From Asticcacaulis sp. (GTDB taxonomy: Bacteria; Pseudomonadota; Alphaproteobacteria; Caulobacterales; Caulobacteraceae): a stretch of DNA of 64,000 nucleotides. Under the pieces are notes generated by a model. The model saw nothing but the letters and a program-made list of their open reading frames with translations. It searched no databases and was not told where the DNA came from. The position numbers and the translations under genes are program-made. Positions 39,245 through 47,463 of this stretch are shown piece after piece (the stretch's first letter is position 1; each line of letters starts with the position of its first letter). The stretch covers positions 2,100 to 66,099 of the forward strand of contig NZ_JBQCHT010000010.1 in the NCBI RefSeq assembly GCF_051954415.1, given 5' to 3'.

Positions 39245-40894
39245 ATGACGGGCCCACAGCATCGCGCGAACCTCAATCATATATTGTTCGACTTCGCCAC
39301 GCGAATGATTCCGGCTGTGTTCGCCACCGTCATGTTCGCGGCCGGCACTCTGCTGCTGCTGTCGATCCTGACCCCTATCGATCCCGCCGTCATGCCGATG
39401 GTCCAGAAATGGCTGCCTCTCGGACTGGTCGAATTCTCGCACATTATCGGCCTGGTCATCGGCGTCATGATGATCTTCCTGGCGCGCGCCCTGTGGGAGC
39501 GTATCGAATCCGCCTGGTATCTGGCCCTGATGCTTTTCTGCGCCGGCGCTGTTCTGTCGCTGACCCGCGAACTGGCCCTGATCAACGCGGTGTTGCTGAC
39601 CATTTGCGCCTTGCTGCTCATCCCGTGCAAGGGGGCTTTCAACCGGCGTTCGAACCTGCTCAGCCTGTCGATCAATCCCTTGTGGGCCTTCACCAGCCTG
39701 TTCACCCTGGGCCTGATCATCTGGGGCGGGTTTTACGTTTACCAGCATGTGCCCTATGCGCATTCGATGTGGATCGACTTCTCCTATCACGCCAATACCT
39801 CGCGCTTTCTGCGCGGTGTGGTTGTCATCATCGTCACCATTACGCTGATCACCCTCTATCGCCTGTTCGGCATCGCGCGCCAGACGCCGCCCATGCCGAA
39901 TGCCGAGGATATGGAGCCGTTGAAAGCGGTTGTGTCTGGCGCCTCCAATCCGCAAGCCTGGCTGGCGCTTCTGCGTGACAAGCAGATATTGTGGAATGAC
40001 GCCCGCACCGCCTTCATCATGTACGGTATTTCCGGCAAGCAATGGGTGGTGATGGGCGAACCGGTAGGGCCGAAAGCCGAGGCAACGGCGCTGTGCTGGG
40101 AACTGAAGGAAATGGCGGCCATGGCCAATGCCCGCCTCAGCTTCTACCAGGTCAGTCCGGCGCTTCTGCCCCTGGTGCTCGATCTGGGCCTGTGGCCGTA
40201 CAAGATAGGCGAAGAAGCCATGGTAGATGTGCGGTGCTTCGATCTGACCGGCAAGAAGGGCTACGGTTTCCGCCAGACCCTGAAACGCTTCGAGGGATTG
40301 AACGCGACCTTTGAAGTCATTGCGCCCGAAGACCTGGAGCCGCACATGCCGCGTCTGAAACAGGTGTCCGATGCGTGGCTCAAAACCAAATCGGCCAGGG
40401 AAAAGAGCTATTCGCTAGGCTCCTTCAAGGCCGACTACATGCGCCTGACGCCAGTGGCGGTGGTGCGGCTGGAAGGCGAGATCATGGCCTTCGCCAATCT
40501 CTGGCCGACCCAGGATAAGACCCTGCTAACGCTCGACCTGATGCGCTACGACCCGGCTTCGCCGCCGAGCATTATGGAATATCTGTTCCTGCAACTGATC
40601 GCCTACAGCCGTGACCAGGGCTATGGTCACTTTTCGCTGGGCATGGCGCCGCTGGCCGGACTGGAAGCCAAGCCGCTCAGCCGGGCCTGGTACAAGATCG
40701 CCTCGGCGATTTACCAGTTCGGTGGCGATTTCTATAATTTTGAGGGCCTGCGCGCCTATAAGGAAAAATTCAAACCGAACTGGGAGCCGCGCTATTTCGC
40801 TGTGCCCGGCCAGGAAGCCGCCCTGATGCCGGCCCTGCTGGCGGTGGTGGCGCTCGGTTCCAGAAAACCGCAACGCGGCAGTGCGGTCAGATGA
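39245..40894 (+). CDS. MprF-like phosphatidylglycerol lysyl(aminoacyl)transferase, synthase module only (no flippase half)
   Basis: It has about 6 N-terminal TM segments plus a DUF2156-type domain (HFSLGMAPLAGL...FYNFEGLRAYKEKF). It is 549 aa long. Confidence 0.75.
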   Translation: MTGPQHRANLNHILFDFATRMIPAVFATVMFAAGTLLLLSILTPIDPAVMPMVQKWLPLGLVEFSHIIGLVIGVMMIFLARALWERIESAWYLALMLFCAGAVLSLTRELALINAVLLTICALLLIPCKGAFNRRSNLLSLSINPLWAFTSLFTLGLIIWGGFYVYQHVPYAHSMWIDFSYHANTSRFLRGVVVIIVTITLITLYRLFGIARQTPPMPNAEDMEPLKAVVSGASNPQAWLALLRDKQILWNDARTAFIMYGISGKQWVVMGEPVGPKAEATALCWELKEMAAMANARLSFYQVSPALLPLVLDLGLWPYKIGEEAMVDVRCFDLTGKKGYGFRQTLKRFEGLNATFEVIAPEDLEPHMPRLKQVSDAWLKTKSAREKSYSLGSFKADYMRLTPVAVVRLEGEIMAFANLWPTQDKTLLTLDLMRYDPASPPSIMEYLFLQLIAYSRDQGYGHFSLGMAPLAGLEAKPLSRAWYKIASAIYQFGGDFYNFEGLRAYKEKFKPNWEPRYFAVPGQEAALMPALLAVVALGSRKPQRGSAVR

Positions 40895-41591
40895 TTTCCA
40901 GACTATTGGCCAGTCGCAGGCCCGTCTCGGAAAAGCTAAATCCGGTGGCGATAAACTCCACGCCGGCCTCGCGGGCGGCGTCATAGGCGCGGCCGAAACC
41001 GGGGTCGCAGTCGCGGGCGATATCGAAGCGCTGGCAGTCATCGCGCTGAACACAGAAAACAACGACGGCGCGATAGCCGCTCTTCACCATTTCGATCAGT
41101 TCATAAAGGTGCCTGGCGCCGCGTTCCGTCACGCAATCGGGAAATTCCGCCAGGCCCGGCTGCCGTGAGAAATGGACATTCTTGATCTCGATCCAGGCAT
41201 CAGGCAGAAAGGCGTGGCCGCTGGCAAAGAGATCAATACGCGAATTGCGGCCGTATTTTTTCTCCGGCTGCAAGGTGGCGTAACCTGTCAGTTCCGTGAT
41301 GGCGCCGGCCCTGATGGCTAACGGTATGACCCGGTTGGGCCACTGGGTGTTGACACCGACCCAGGTGCTATTATCTGCCCCATGTTCTTTTAGGGCCTCC
41401 AGCCGGTATTGCAGCTTTTTCTTCGGATCATTGAGGGGGGTGACCAGGGCCGGTGTGCCCGGCGTTAGCAGGCCCAGCATCTTGCCGGGGTTCGGGCAGT
41501 GTGCTGTAATGGTTTCTCCGGTATCAAGTTCGATATCGGCGAAGAATCGCTTGTATCTGGTGACGAGCCGCCCTTTTATGAGGCCGCTCAT
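40887..41591 (-). CDS. sfsA: Sugar fermentation stimulation protein A homolog (SfsA nuclease-like)
   Basis: MSGLIKGRLVTRYKRFFADIEL...AHCPNPGKM begins at an internal ATG. The longer tracked ORF is an artefactual extension. Confidence 0.9.
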   Translation of the reverse strand: MSGLIKGRLVTRYKRFFADIELDTGETITAHCPNPGKMLGLLTPGTPALVTPLNDPKKKLQYRLEALKEHGADNSTWVGVNTQWPNRVIPLAIRAGAITELTGYATLQPEKKYGRNSRIDLFASGHAFLPDAWIEIKNVHFSRQPGLAEFPDCVTERGARHLYELIEMVKSGYRAVVVFCVQRDDCQRFDIARDCDPGFGRAYDAAREAGVEFIATGFSFSETGLRLANSLEII

Positions 41592-41628
41592 GCCGATAAG
41601 TGAATCTGATACCACTGGAGTCCTTCCC

Positions 41629-42420
41629 ATGACGACCAATCCGACCGCCGCCATCCTGATTATTGGCGACGAGATACTGTCCGGGCGTACCACTGACTCG
41701 AATATCAATACAATCGCCCGGTTTCTCGGCGCGCTGGGTATTGACCTGCGTGAGGTGCGGGTGGTGCATGATGAAGCGGACCAGATTATCGAGACCGTCA
41801 ATGCCCTGCGCAATGCTTATGAATATCTTTTCACCACCGGCGGTATTGGGCCCACGCATGACGATATCACCGCCGACTGCATGGCAAAGGCGTTCGGCGT
41901 CGATATCAGCGAACACCCGGCGGCGCTGAAACTGCTGATGGATCGGTCCATCGCCATGGGCTGGACGCTCAATGAAAACAGCCGCCGCATGGCGCGCATT
42001 CCGCATGGCGCGGAACTGATCAAGAACCCGGTTTCGGCCGCGCCCGGCTTCCAGTTGGGCAATGTGTTCGTCATGGCCGGCGTCCCCAAGATCATGGAGG
42101 CCATGCTGGAAGACGTGGCGCCGCGTCTGCGCACCGGCGCGCGCGTGCTGTCGCGCACCGTCAAGCTGTCCTATGTCGGTGAAAGCGCGGCAGCCGATGC
42201 CCTGCGCGAGATCAATGCGCGTTATCCTGAGCTGTCTCTCGGCAGCTATCCCTATGGCCTGTCGCTCGATGGCGCCTTTGGCACGCATCTGGTGGTGCGG
42301 GGCCGTGAGCCTGAACAGGTTGATGCTGCCACGAATGAACTGAAGGCGGCGCTAGTGTCAGTTGTCGAGGCCGGCAAGGCGCGCAATCCGCTGGCCGGTT
42401 TTGAAGAAATTACCGCGTAA
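41629..42420 (+). CDS. CinA-like molybdopterin-binding (MoCF_BD) domain protein
   Basis: The sequence has AAILIIGDEILSGRTTDSN...TTGGIGPTHDDIT, from an internal ATG. Confidence 0.85.
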   Translation: MTTNPTAAILIIGDEILSGRTTDSNINTIARFLGALGIDLREVRVVHDEADQIIETVNALRNAYEYLFTTGGIGPTHDDITADCMAKAFGVDISEHPAALKLLMDRSIAMGWTLNENSRRMARIPHGAELIKNPVSAAPGFQLGNVFVMAGVPKIMEAMLEDVAPRLRTGARVLSRTVKLSYVGESAAADALREINARYPELSLGSYPYGLSLDGAFGTHLVVRGREPEQVDAATNELKAALVSVVEAGKARNPLAGFEEITA

Positions 42421-42434
42421 CTTTGAGGAATATC

Positions 42435-43883
42435 ATGAAATTAGCTGTCACCGGCCTTGCCGCCGTTCTCGCCCTGAGCGCCCTGCCGGTTATGGCCAAA
42501 CCAAAGCCAGTTCCTGTGGCGGCCTTGCCGGTGCCGGTCGAGGTTCAGGCGGCCGCCTTGCGTGACGACGCGCTGAAATCCAATGTCGCCTATGACTTCC
42601 TTTCCGAACTGACCACGCGCTTCGGCCCGCGGCCGGCTGGCAGCGATTCGGAAAAGCGCGCCGCCGAATGGGCCGCCGCGCATCTGAAGGAACTGGGCTT
42701 CCAGAACGTCCATATCGAGACCTTCCCGTTGCATGTCTGGGCGCGCGGTGGACAGGAAACCATCGCCATCACCGGTGAATTCGCCCAGCCCCTGGTCGGT
42801 GTGTCACTCGGCGGCACCACGGCCGGCGAGGTCGAGGCCGAAGCCGTCATGTTCGATACATATCAGGAATTTCTCGACTCCGCGCAGGACGTGACCGGCA
42901 AGATCGTCGTCATTCTCCAGCCAATGGCCAAGGCCAGCAATGGCTCCGGCTATGGCCGCATGTCGGGCACGGTGCGTGCCAAGGGGCCGATGGAGGCCCA
43001 GAAGCGCGGCGCGGTTGGCTTTGTCATGCGTTCCTTAAGCACTGACGGCAATCGCTTCCCCCATGCCGGCGCCTCGGCCTGGTCGGACGGCAAGGGCATC
43101 CCGGCCATGGCGATCAGCGCGCCGGACGCCTCGCAGCTTGGCCGCATCGAAGCCCTGCAAAAGGCCGGGAAAGGCGGACCGGTCACGATTCACATGAAGA
43201 CGACCGGCCAGTTCCTGGGGCTCAAGACCTCGCAGAACGTGGTGGCCGATCTGGTCGGGTCTGAAAAACCGCAGGAAACCATCGTGGTCGGCGGTCACCT
43301 GGATAGCTGGGACCAGGGCACCGGCGCCATTGATGACGGTTCCGGCATCGCCATCACCATGGCGGCCGCCAAGGTGATGATCGATCATAATCTCAAGCCG
43401 AAGCGCACCATCCGCGTCGTTTTCTGGGGGTCGGAAGAAGTCTCTCAGCCCGCGGGCGATACCACCGAAACCGGCGGCGGGGCTTTCCGCGAGGCGCATA
43501 AATCGGAACTGGCCAACTACGTGGCGCACGCCGAGTCCGATTTCGGCGCCGACAAGATCAACAATTTCTCCCTGATGCCGACCGATGATGCGGCCTTCGT
43601 CGCCAAACTGGGCAATTTGCTTTATCCGCTGGGCATCTACCAGGACTCCAAGGCGACGCCGGGCGGCGGTGAGGATTCCGGCGCCATGAACGGTTTCGTG
43701 CCGGCCTTCGACCTCAACCAGGATGGCTATCGCTATTTCGATACCCACCATACGCCGAACGACACGCTGGACCGCATCGATCCGCAGCAACTGAGCCAGA
43801 ACGTCGCCGCGTGGACGGCCACCCTGTGGCTGATGGCCAATACCGATGTTCGCTTCAAACTGCCGCCAAAGGACGCAAAGTAG
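42435..43883 (+). CDS. Secreted M28-family aminopeptidase with a PA domain
   Basis: It has a signal peptide and the sequence GGHLDSWDQGTGAIDDGSG. Confidence 0.85.
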   Translation: MKLAVTGLAAVLALSALPVMAKPKPVPVAALPVPVEVQAAALRDDALKSNVAYDFLSELTTRFGPRPAGSDSEKRAAEWAAAHLKELGFQNVHIETFPLHVWARGGQETIAITGEFAQPLVGVSLGGTTAGEVEAEAVMFDTYQEFLDSAQDVTGKIVVILQPMAKASNGSGYGRMSGTVRAKGPMEAQKRGAVGFVMRSLSTDGNRFPHAGASAWSDGKGIPAMAISAPDASQLGRIEALQKAGKGGPVTIHMKTTGQFLGLKTSQNVVADLVGSEKPQETIVVGGHLDSWDQGTGAIDDGSGIAITMAAAKVMIDHNLKPKRTIRVVFWGSEEVSQPAGDTTETGGGAFREAHKSELANYVAHAESDFGADKINNFSLMPTDDAAFVAKLGNLLYPLGIYQDSKATPGGGEDSGAMNGFVPAFDLNQDGYRYFDTHHTPNDTLDRIDPQQLSQNVAAWTATLWLMANTDVRFKLPPKDAK

Positions 43884-43937
43884 GCTTTACGACTCCCTCC
43901 GTTTCAGGCAGAAGCATCCCCCTGCCTGCCTGGACAT

Positions 43938-44024
43938 GCGGCCATGGCGAAATTGGTAGACGCAGCAGACTTAAAATCTGCCAGGAGCAATCCTATGCCG
44001 GTTCGACCCCGGCTGGCCGCACCA
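43938..44024 (+). tRNA. tRNA-Leu (anticodon TAA)
   Basis: The acceptor stem is GCGGCCA/TGGCCGC plus ACCA. The anticodon arm is GCAGA-CTTAAAA-TCTGC. It has a long variable arm. Confidence 0.93.
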
Positions 44025-44127
44025 CGCTTCGCCTTCGGCTATGCGTGGCGGAGCCATGCAGAGCCGATCTCAGGCGAAGCAGTGCCCGGCAAAGCCCGAA
44101 GGGCGACGACGGGCGGGAGGGGAAATT

Positions 44128-44373
44128 ATGTGGTATGTTTATATCCTGCTCAGTATCGCATTCCCGCACCAGGAATATACAGGCGCGTCTGCTAATCTGA
44201 AACAACGTATCGCGGACCATAATGCCGGGCGATCTCATCACACAGCTAAATTCGCGCCGTGGGACTTGATTTGGTATTGTGCATTTCCGGACAAGTTAGC
44301 GGCCCTTGCATTCGAGACATATCTTAAATCTCATTCCGGCAGGGCCTTCGCCAAAAAGCGCTTGATAAAATAA
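44128..44373 (+). CDS. Small GIY-YIG nuclease-superfamily protein (81 aa)
   Basis: The sequence has WYVYILLS...YTGASANLKQRIADHN. GGGAGGGG lies upstream of the ATG. Confidence 0.8.
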   Translation: MWYVYILLSIAFPHQEYTGASANLKQRIADHNAGRSHHTAKFAPWDLIWYCAFPDKLAALAFETYLKSHSGRAFAKKRLIK

Positions 44374-44399
44374 AGGCCGGGCTGGTGACGGACTGCCTG

Positions 44400-45173
44400 T
44401 CACCGGAACGTCTTTACCACCGCACCATTCCGTGCCACCAATGTTGTCTGCGGCGCTAGATGTGTCCAGATTTCATTCCGTGTCAGCGGTGTTGAGGCCA
44501 GGATCACCACACGGTCATCGGGCGTCGTTTCCTTGGCGAAATCGACCTCCATGTCCTCGTCGATCAGGCTGGCCTGGCCGAAAGGCGCGCGGCGTTCCAC
44601 ATAGCAGAGTTTGGTCGAGCAACTGGCATAGAGGGCGCGGCCATCGCTCAGCAGCGCATTGAACACTCCCAATCCGCGCAGATCGGCGAACAGTCCGGCT
44701 ATGGCGCGGGCCAGCACCGGGGCGGACGGGCGTTTCGGATACTGGCTGCGCAGGCGATCAAGCAGCCAGCAGAAGGCGTGTTCGCTGTCCGTCGTGCCGA
44801 TCGGCGCATAAAAGGTCAGAGGGCGCTTCTTGATGCCTTTCAACTGGCCGTTATGGGCAAAGCTCCAGGCGTTGCCCCAGAGTTCGCGGCTGAACGGGTG
44901 GGTATTTTCCAGCGCCACCCGTCCACGATTGGCCTTGCGCACATGGGCAATGACTATCAGGCTCTTGATCGGATAGGACTTGATGAAACGCGCCAGTTCG
45001 GAATGGGCGCTGGGACTTGGGTCATGGATGCTGCGGCAGCCCTTCTGCTCATAGAAGCTGATGCCCCAGCCATCGGTATGCGCCCCCGTGGCGCCGCCGC
45101 GCTGCGACAGGGCGGCGAAGCTGAAACGCACATCGGTCGGGACATTGGCGCTCATCGCCAGAAGTTCGCACAT
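44400..45173 (-). CDS. Class II (Ntn) glutamine amidotransferase, YafJ-like
   Basis: It has the N-terminal nucleophile MCELLAMS and HNG. Confidence 0.85.
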   Translation of the reverse strand: MCELLAMSANVPTDVRFSFAALSQRGGATGAHTDGWGISFYEQKGCRSIHDPSPSAHSELARFIKSYPIKSLIVIAHVRKANRGRVALENTHPFSRELWGNAWSFAHNGQLKGIKKRPLTFYAPIGTTDSEHAFCWLLDRLRSQYPKRPSAPVLARAIAGLFADLRGLGVFNALLSDGRALYASCSTKLCYVERRAPFGQASLIDEDMEVDFAKETTPDDRVVILASTPLTRNEIWTHLAPQTTLVARNGAVVKTFR

Positions 45174-45267
45174 GAAAGTCTCGTCAGAAGCAAAAGCTTG
45201 ATAAGCCCCTTAAAAGCATAGATGTTTGCGCCTGGCCACAGAAGCCTTGATTTCGGATTGAATAAGT

Positions 45268-45282
45268 GTTCTTATTTTGTTC
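45268..45282 (+). promoter_or_regulatory. Alphaproteobacterial LexA (SOS) box GTTC-N7-GTTC
   Basis: GTTCttattttGTTC lies 19 nt upstream of the AlkB-like start. Confidence 0.55.
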
Positions 45283-45300
45283 CCAAAATGAGAGCGCTGA

Positions 45301-45936
45301 ATGCCTGCCTTGCCGAACCTGTCCCTGTTTGAAGACGACCTGATATCCGGCCTGGATTACAGGGACGACTATATCACGCCGGCCGAGGAGGCGGCCCTGA
45401 TCGCCGTTATAGACACGCAAAGCTGGTCGATGGAACTCCTGCGCCGCCGGCAGTGGTATGGCTGGGCGCCGGATGACACCGCCTATGGCGCGCCGGACGA
45501 GTACCGGCCGCAACCCATGCCGGACTGGCTGCGCTGGCTGGCGGCGCGTCTCCATGCCGATGGCATTTTCGCAGGTGTGCCGGAGCGGGCCCTGGTCAAT
45601 GAATATCATCCGGGGCAGGGGATTGGCGCACACAAGGACCGCGACACCGAACACATCAAATCCGTGGCCATTATCAGCCTGGGGTCTCCGATCATGATGG
45701 ATTTCACGCGGCTGGGGCACGACACCCGCACGCAGTATCTCTATCCGCGCAGTCTGTTGACCATGCAGGGCGAGGCGCGGGAAAAATGGATGCACGGCAT
45801 TACTGGCCGAAAGACAGACAAGGTCGGGGGATTGATCCTGCCGCGCCAGCGCCGCCTCTCGGTGACCTTCAGGCATGTCGAAACAACTTATTCCTCCCCT
45901 CTTGGAGGGGAGGTGTTGAGCAAGCGCAGCCGTTAG
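45301..45936 (+). CDS. AlkB-like 2OG-Fe(II) dioxygenase
   Basis: The sequence has VNEYHPGQGIGAHKDRD...WMHGI...RLSVTFR. Confidence 0.8.
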   Translation: MPALPNLSLFEDDLISGLDYRDDYITPAEEAALIAVIDTQSWSMELLRRRQWYGWAPDDTAYGAPDEYRPQPMPDWLRWLAARLHADGIFAGVPERALVNEYHPGQGIGAHKDRDTEHIKSVAIISLGSPIMMDFTRLGHDTRTQYLYPRSLLTMQGEAREKWMHGITGRKTDKVGGLILPRQRRLSVTFRHVETTYSSPLGGEVLSKRSR

Positions 45937-45991
45937 GCGAAGTGCGTCGAGACGGAGGGGTAACAACCGGTATTGATCAGGTTGCAGCGTT

Positions 45992-46753
45992 TTAAGCCTT
46001 GATCAGCGCTGTGCGTTCTTCGGGTGTTATAAAGCGCCATTGGCCTTCGGGCAGGTTGCCGATACGTAAATTGCCAATGCGGACGCGATAGAGATCGACC
46101 ACGCGCAGCTCACACATGTCGCACATGCGGCGAATCTGACGGTTGCGGCCTTCCTTGAGGATGAAGGTCAGGGCCTGGTCGCCGGTCTGGATCACCTTGG
46201 CGGGCTTGAGCTTGCGGCCATCGAGCTCAAGGCCGTGACGCAGCCATTTCAGTTTTTCCTCGAAGATGTGGCCGCGCACCACGACGCGGTATTCCTTTTC
46301 CAGGTCGCTTTCCGGGCCGATGATCGCCTTGGCCAGCACGCCGTCTTCGGACAGGATCAGAAGGCCGCGCGAATCCTTGTCGAGCCGTCCGACCGGCGCC
46401 AGCTTGCTGTTTTGATCGGGATAGACATCTGCGGGGCCGAACACATTGGCGCGGCGGATCATGCGGATAGCGGGGGTTTCGCCCGGCTCCGGCTGGCCGG
46501 ACACAATGCCGACCGGCTTGTGATAGAGGATGGTCATGCGGGCATCGAGCGCCGCCGCACCGCCCTGGTCGAGCGTCAAAGTCTGGCCCGGTTCGATCTT
46601 GTGGCCGGCGGAGGTGATGGTCACGCCCTCGATTTTGACCAGCCCGTCCGCGATCAGGCTGTCGGCTTCGCGCCGGGAACAGACGCCGCTTTGGGCCAGC
46701 CACTTGTTGACCCGTACCGGCTCATCGCCATCATATGTCTTCGTCACACTCAT
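45992..46753 (-). CDS. RsuA/RluB/RluF-family pseudouridine synthase with an S4 domain
   Basis: The sequence has VRVNKWLAQSGVCSRREAD and GRLDKDSRGLLILSEDG. Confidence 0.88.
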   Translation of the reverse strand: MSVTKTYDGDEPVRVNKWLAQSGVCSRREADSLIADGLVKIEGVTITSAGHKIEPGQTLTLDQGGAAALDARMTILYHKPVGIVSGQPEPGETPAIRMIRRANVFGPADVYPDQNSKLAPVGRLDKDSRGLLILSEDGVLAKAIIGPESDLEKEYRVVVRGHIFEEKLKWLRHGLELDGRKLKPAKVIQTGDQALTFILKEGRNRQIRRMCDMCELRVVDLYRVRIGNLRIGNLPEGQWRFITPEERTALIKA

Positions 46754-46809
46754 GCGCGTGTCCTACAGCCTGATTGCCGGGCGGGCAAGTCTGGGCTAGG
46801 CTCGACCGG

Positions 46810-47463
46810 ATGACTTATGCGCTTTATTCCGACTGGCTGAAAACCGCGCCGCCGCGTGCCGAGATCATGCGCGGGCTGCATACGCGCTTTGAGCCGATCC
46901 GCCTGGACGCCGAAGGCGCGCAGGCTCTGGGCCTGCGCAATGGCATGCCGGGCGATGCCAAACTGGCCAAAGGACTCCTGGTCGGCGGTTATGACGAGGA
47001 GCGCGCCATCTATTCCGGACCGGTATTTGAAGCGCCGGGCGGGGCAGAGCCGCGCACGATCCATCTCGGTATCGATCTATTTGACGCCGCCGGCACGCCG
47101 GTTTTCGCGCCGCTGGCGGGTCGCGTCCACAGCTTCCAGGATAATGCCAATCCGAAAGACTATGGCCCGACGATTATTCTCGAACACAAAGTCACGTCAG
47201 GACTGATTTTTTACACGCTCTATGGTCACCTGAGCCGCGACAGCCTGGACGGTCTGTTTGCCGGAAAGCCCGTGGCGGCGGGCGAAAAAGTGGCACGACT
47301 GGGCGAAGCCGCGGTAAATGGTGACTGGCCGCCACACCTGCATTTCCAGCTTATCCTCGACATGCAGGGCAAGCGGGGCGACTATCCCGGCGTCTTCAAA
47401 AAGAGCGAGCGCGAACAATGGAAGCAAATCTGTCCCGATCCCGCCCCGTTGCTGGGGATTTGA
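46810..47463 (+). CDS. Cytoplasmic M23 (LytM-fold) peptidase-domain protein
   Basis: The sequence has HLGIDLF...PVFAPLAGRV...LYGHL...PHLHFQL. There is no signal peptide. Confidence 0.7.
   Translation: MTYALYSDWLKTAPPRAEIMRGLHTRFEPIRLDAEGAQALGLRNGMPGDAKLAKGLLVGGYDEERAIYSGPVFEAPGGAEPRTIHLGIDLFDAAGTPVFAPLAGRVHSFQDNANPKDYGPTIILEHKVTSGLIFYTLYGHLSRDSLDGLFAGKPVAAGEKVARLGEAAVNGDWPPHLHFQLILDMQGKRGDYPGVFKKSEREQWKQICPDPAPLLGI

Noticed and set aside
38873-40345. A 490-aa minus-strand ORF opposite the SPOR and MprF-like genes.
   Set aside because: It is a shadow ORF. It spans two + strand genes and their spacer, and its sequence is Arg/Gly/His-rich and low-complexity.
41296-41813. Long overlapping extensions of sfsA (to 41813) and of the CinA-like gene (from 41296).
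   Set aside because: Both homologous cores start at internal ATGs (41591 minus strand, 41629 plus strand). The extensions are mutually antisense and have no similarity to anything I recognise.
43938-45173. A possible genomic island integrated at tRNA-Leu(UAA).
   Set aside because: I found no integrase or recombinase, no duplicated tRNA 3' segment within the window and no compositional shift. The downstream genes are ordinary housekeeping types.
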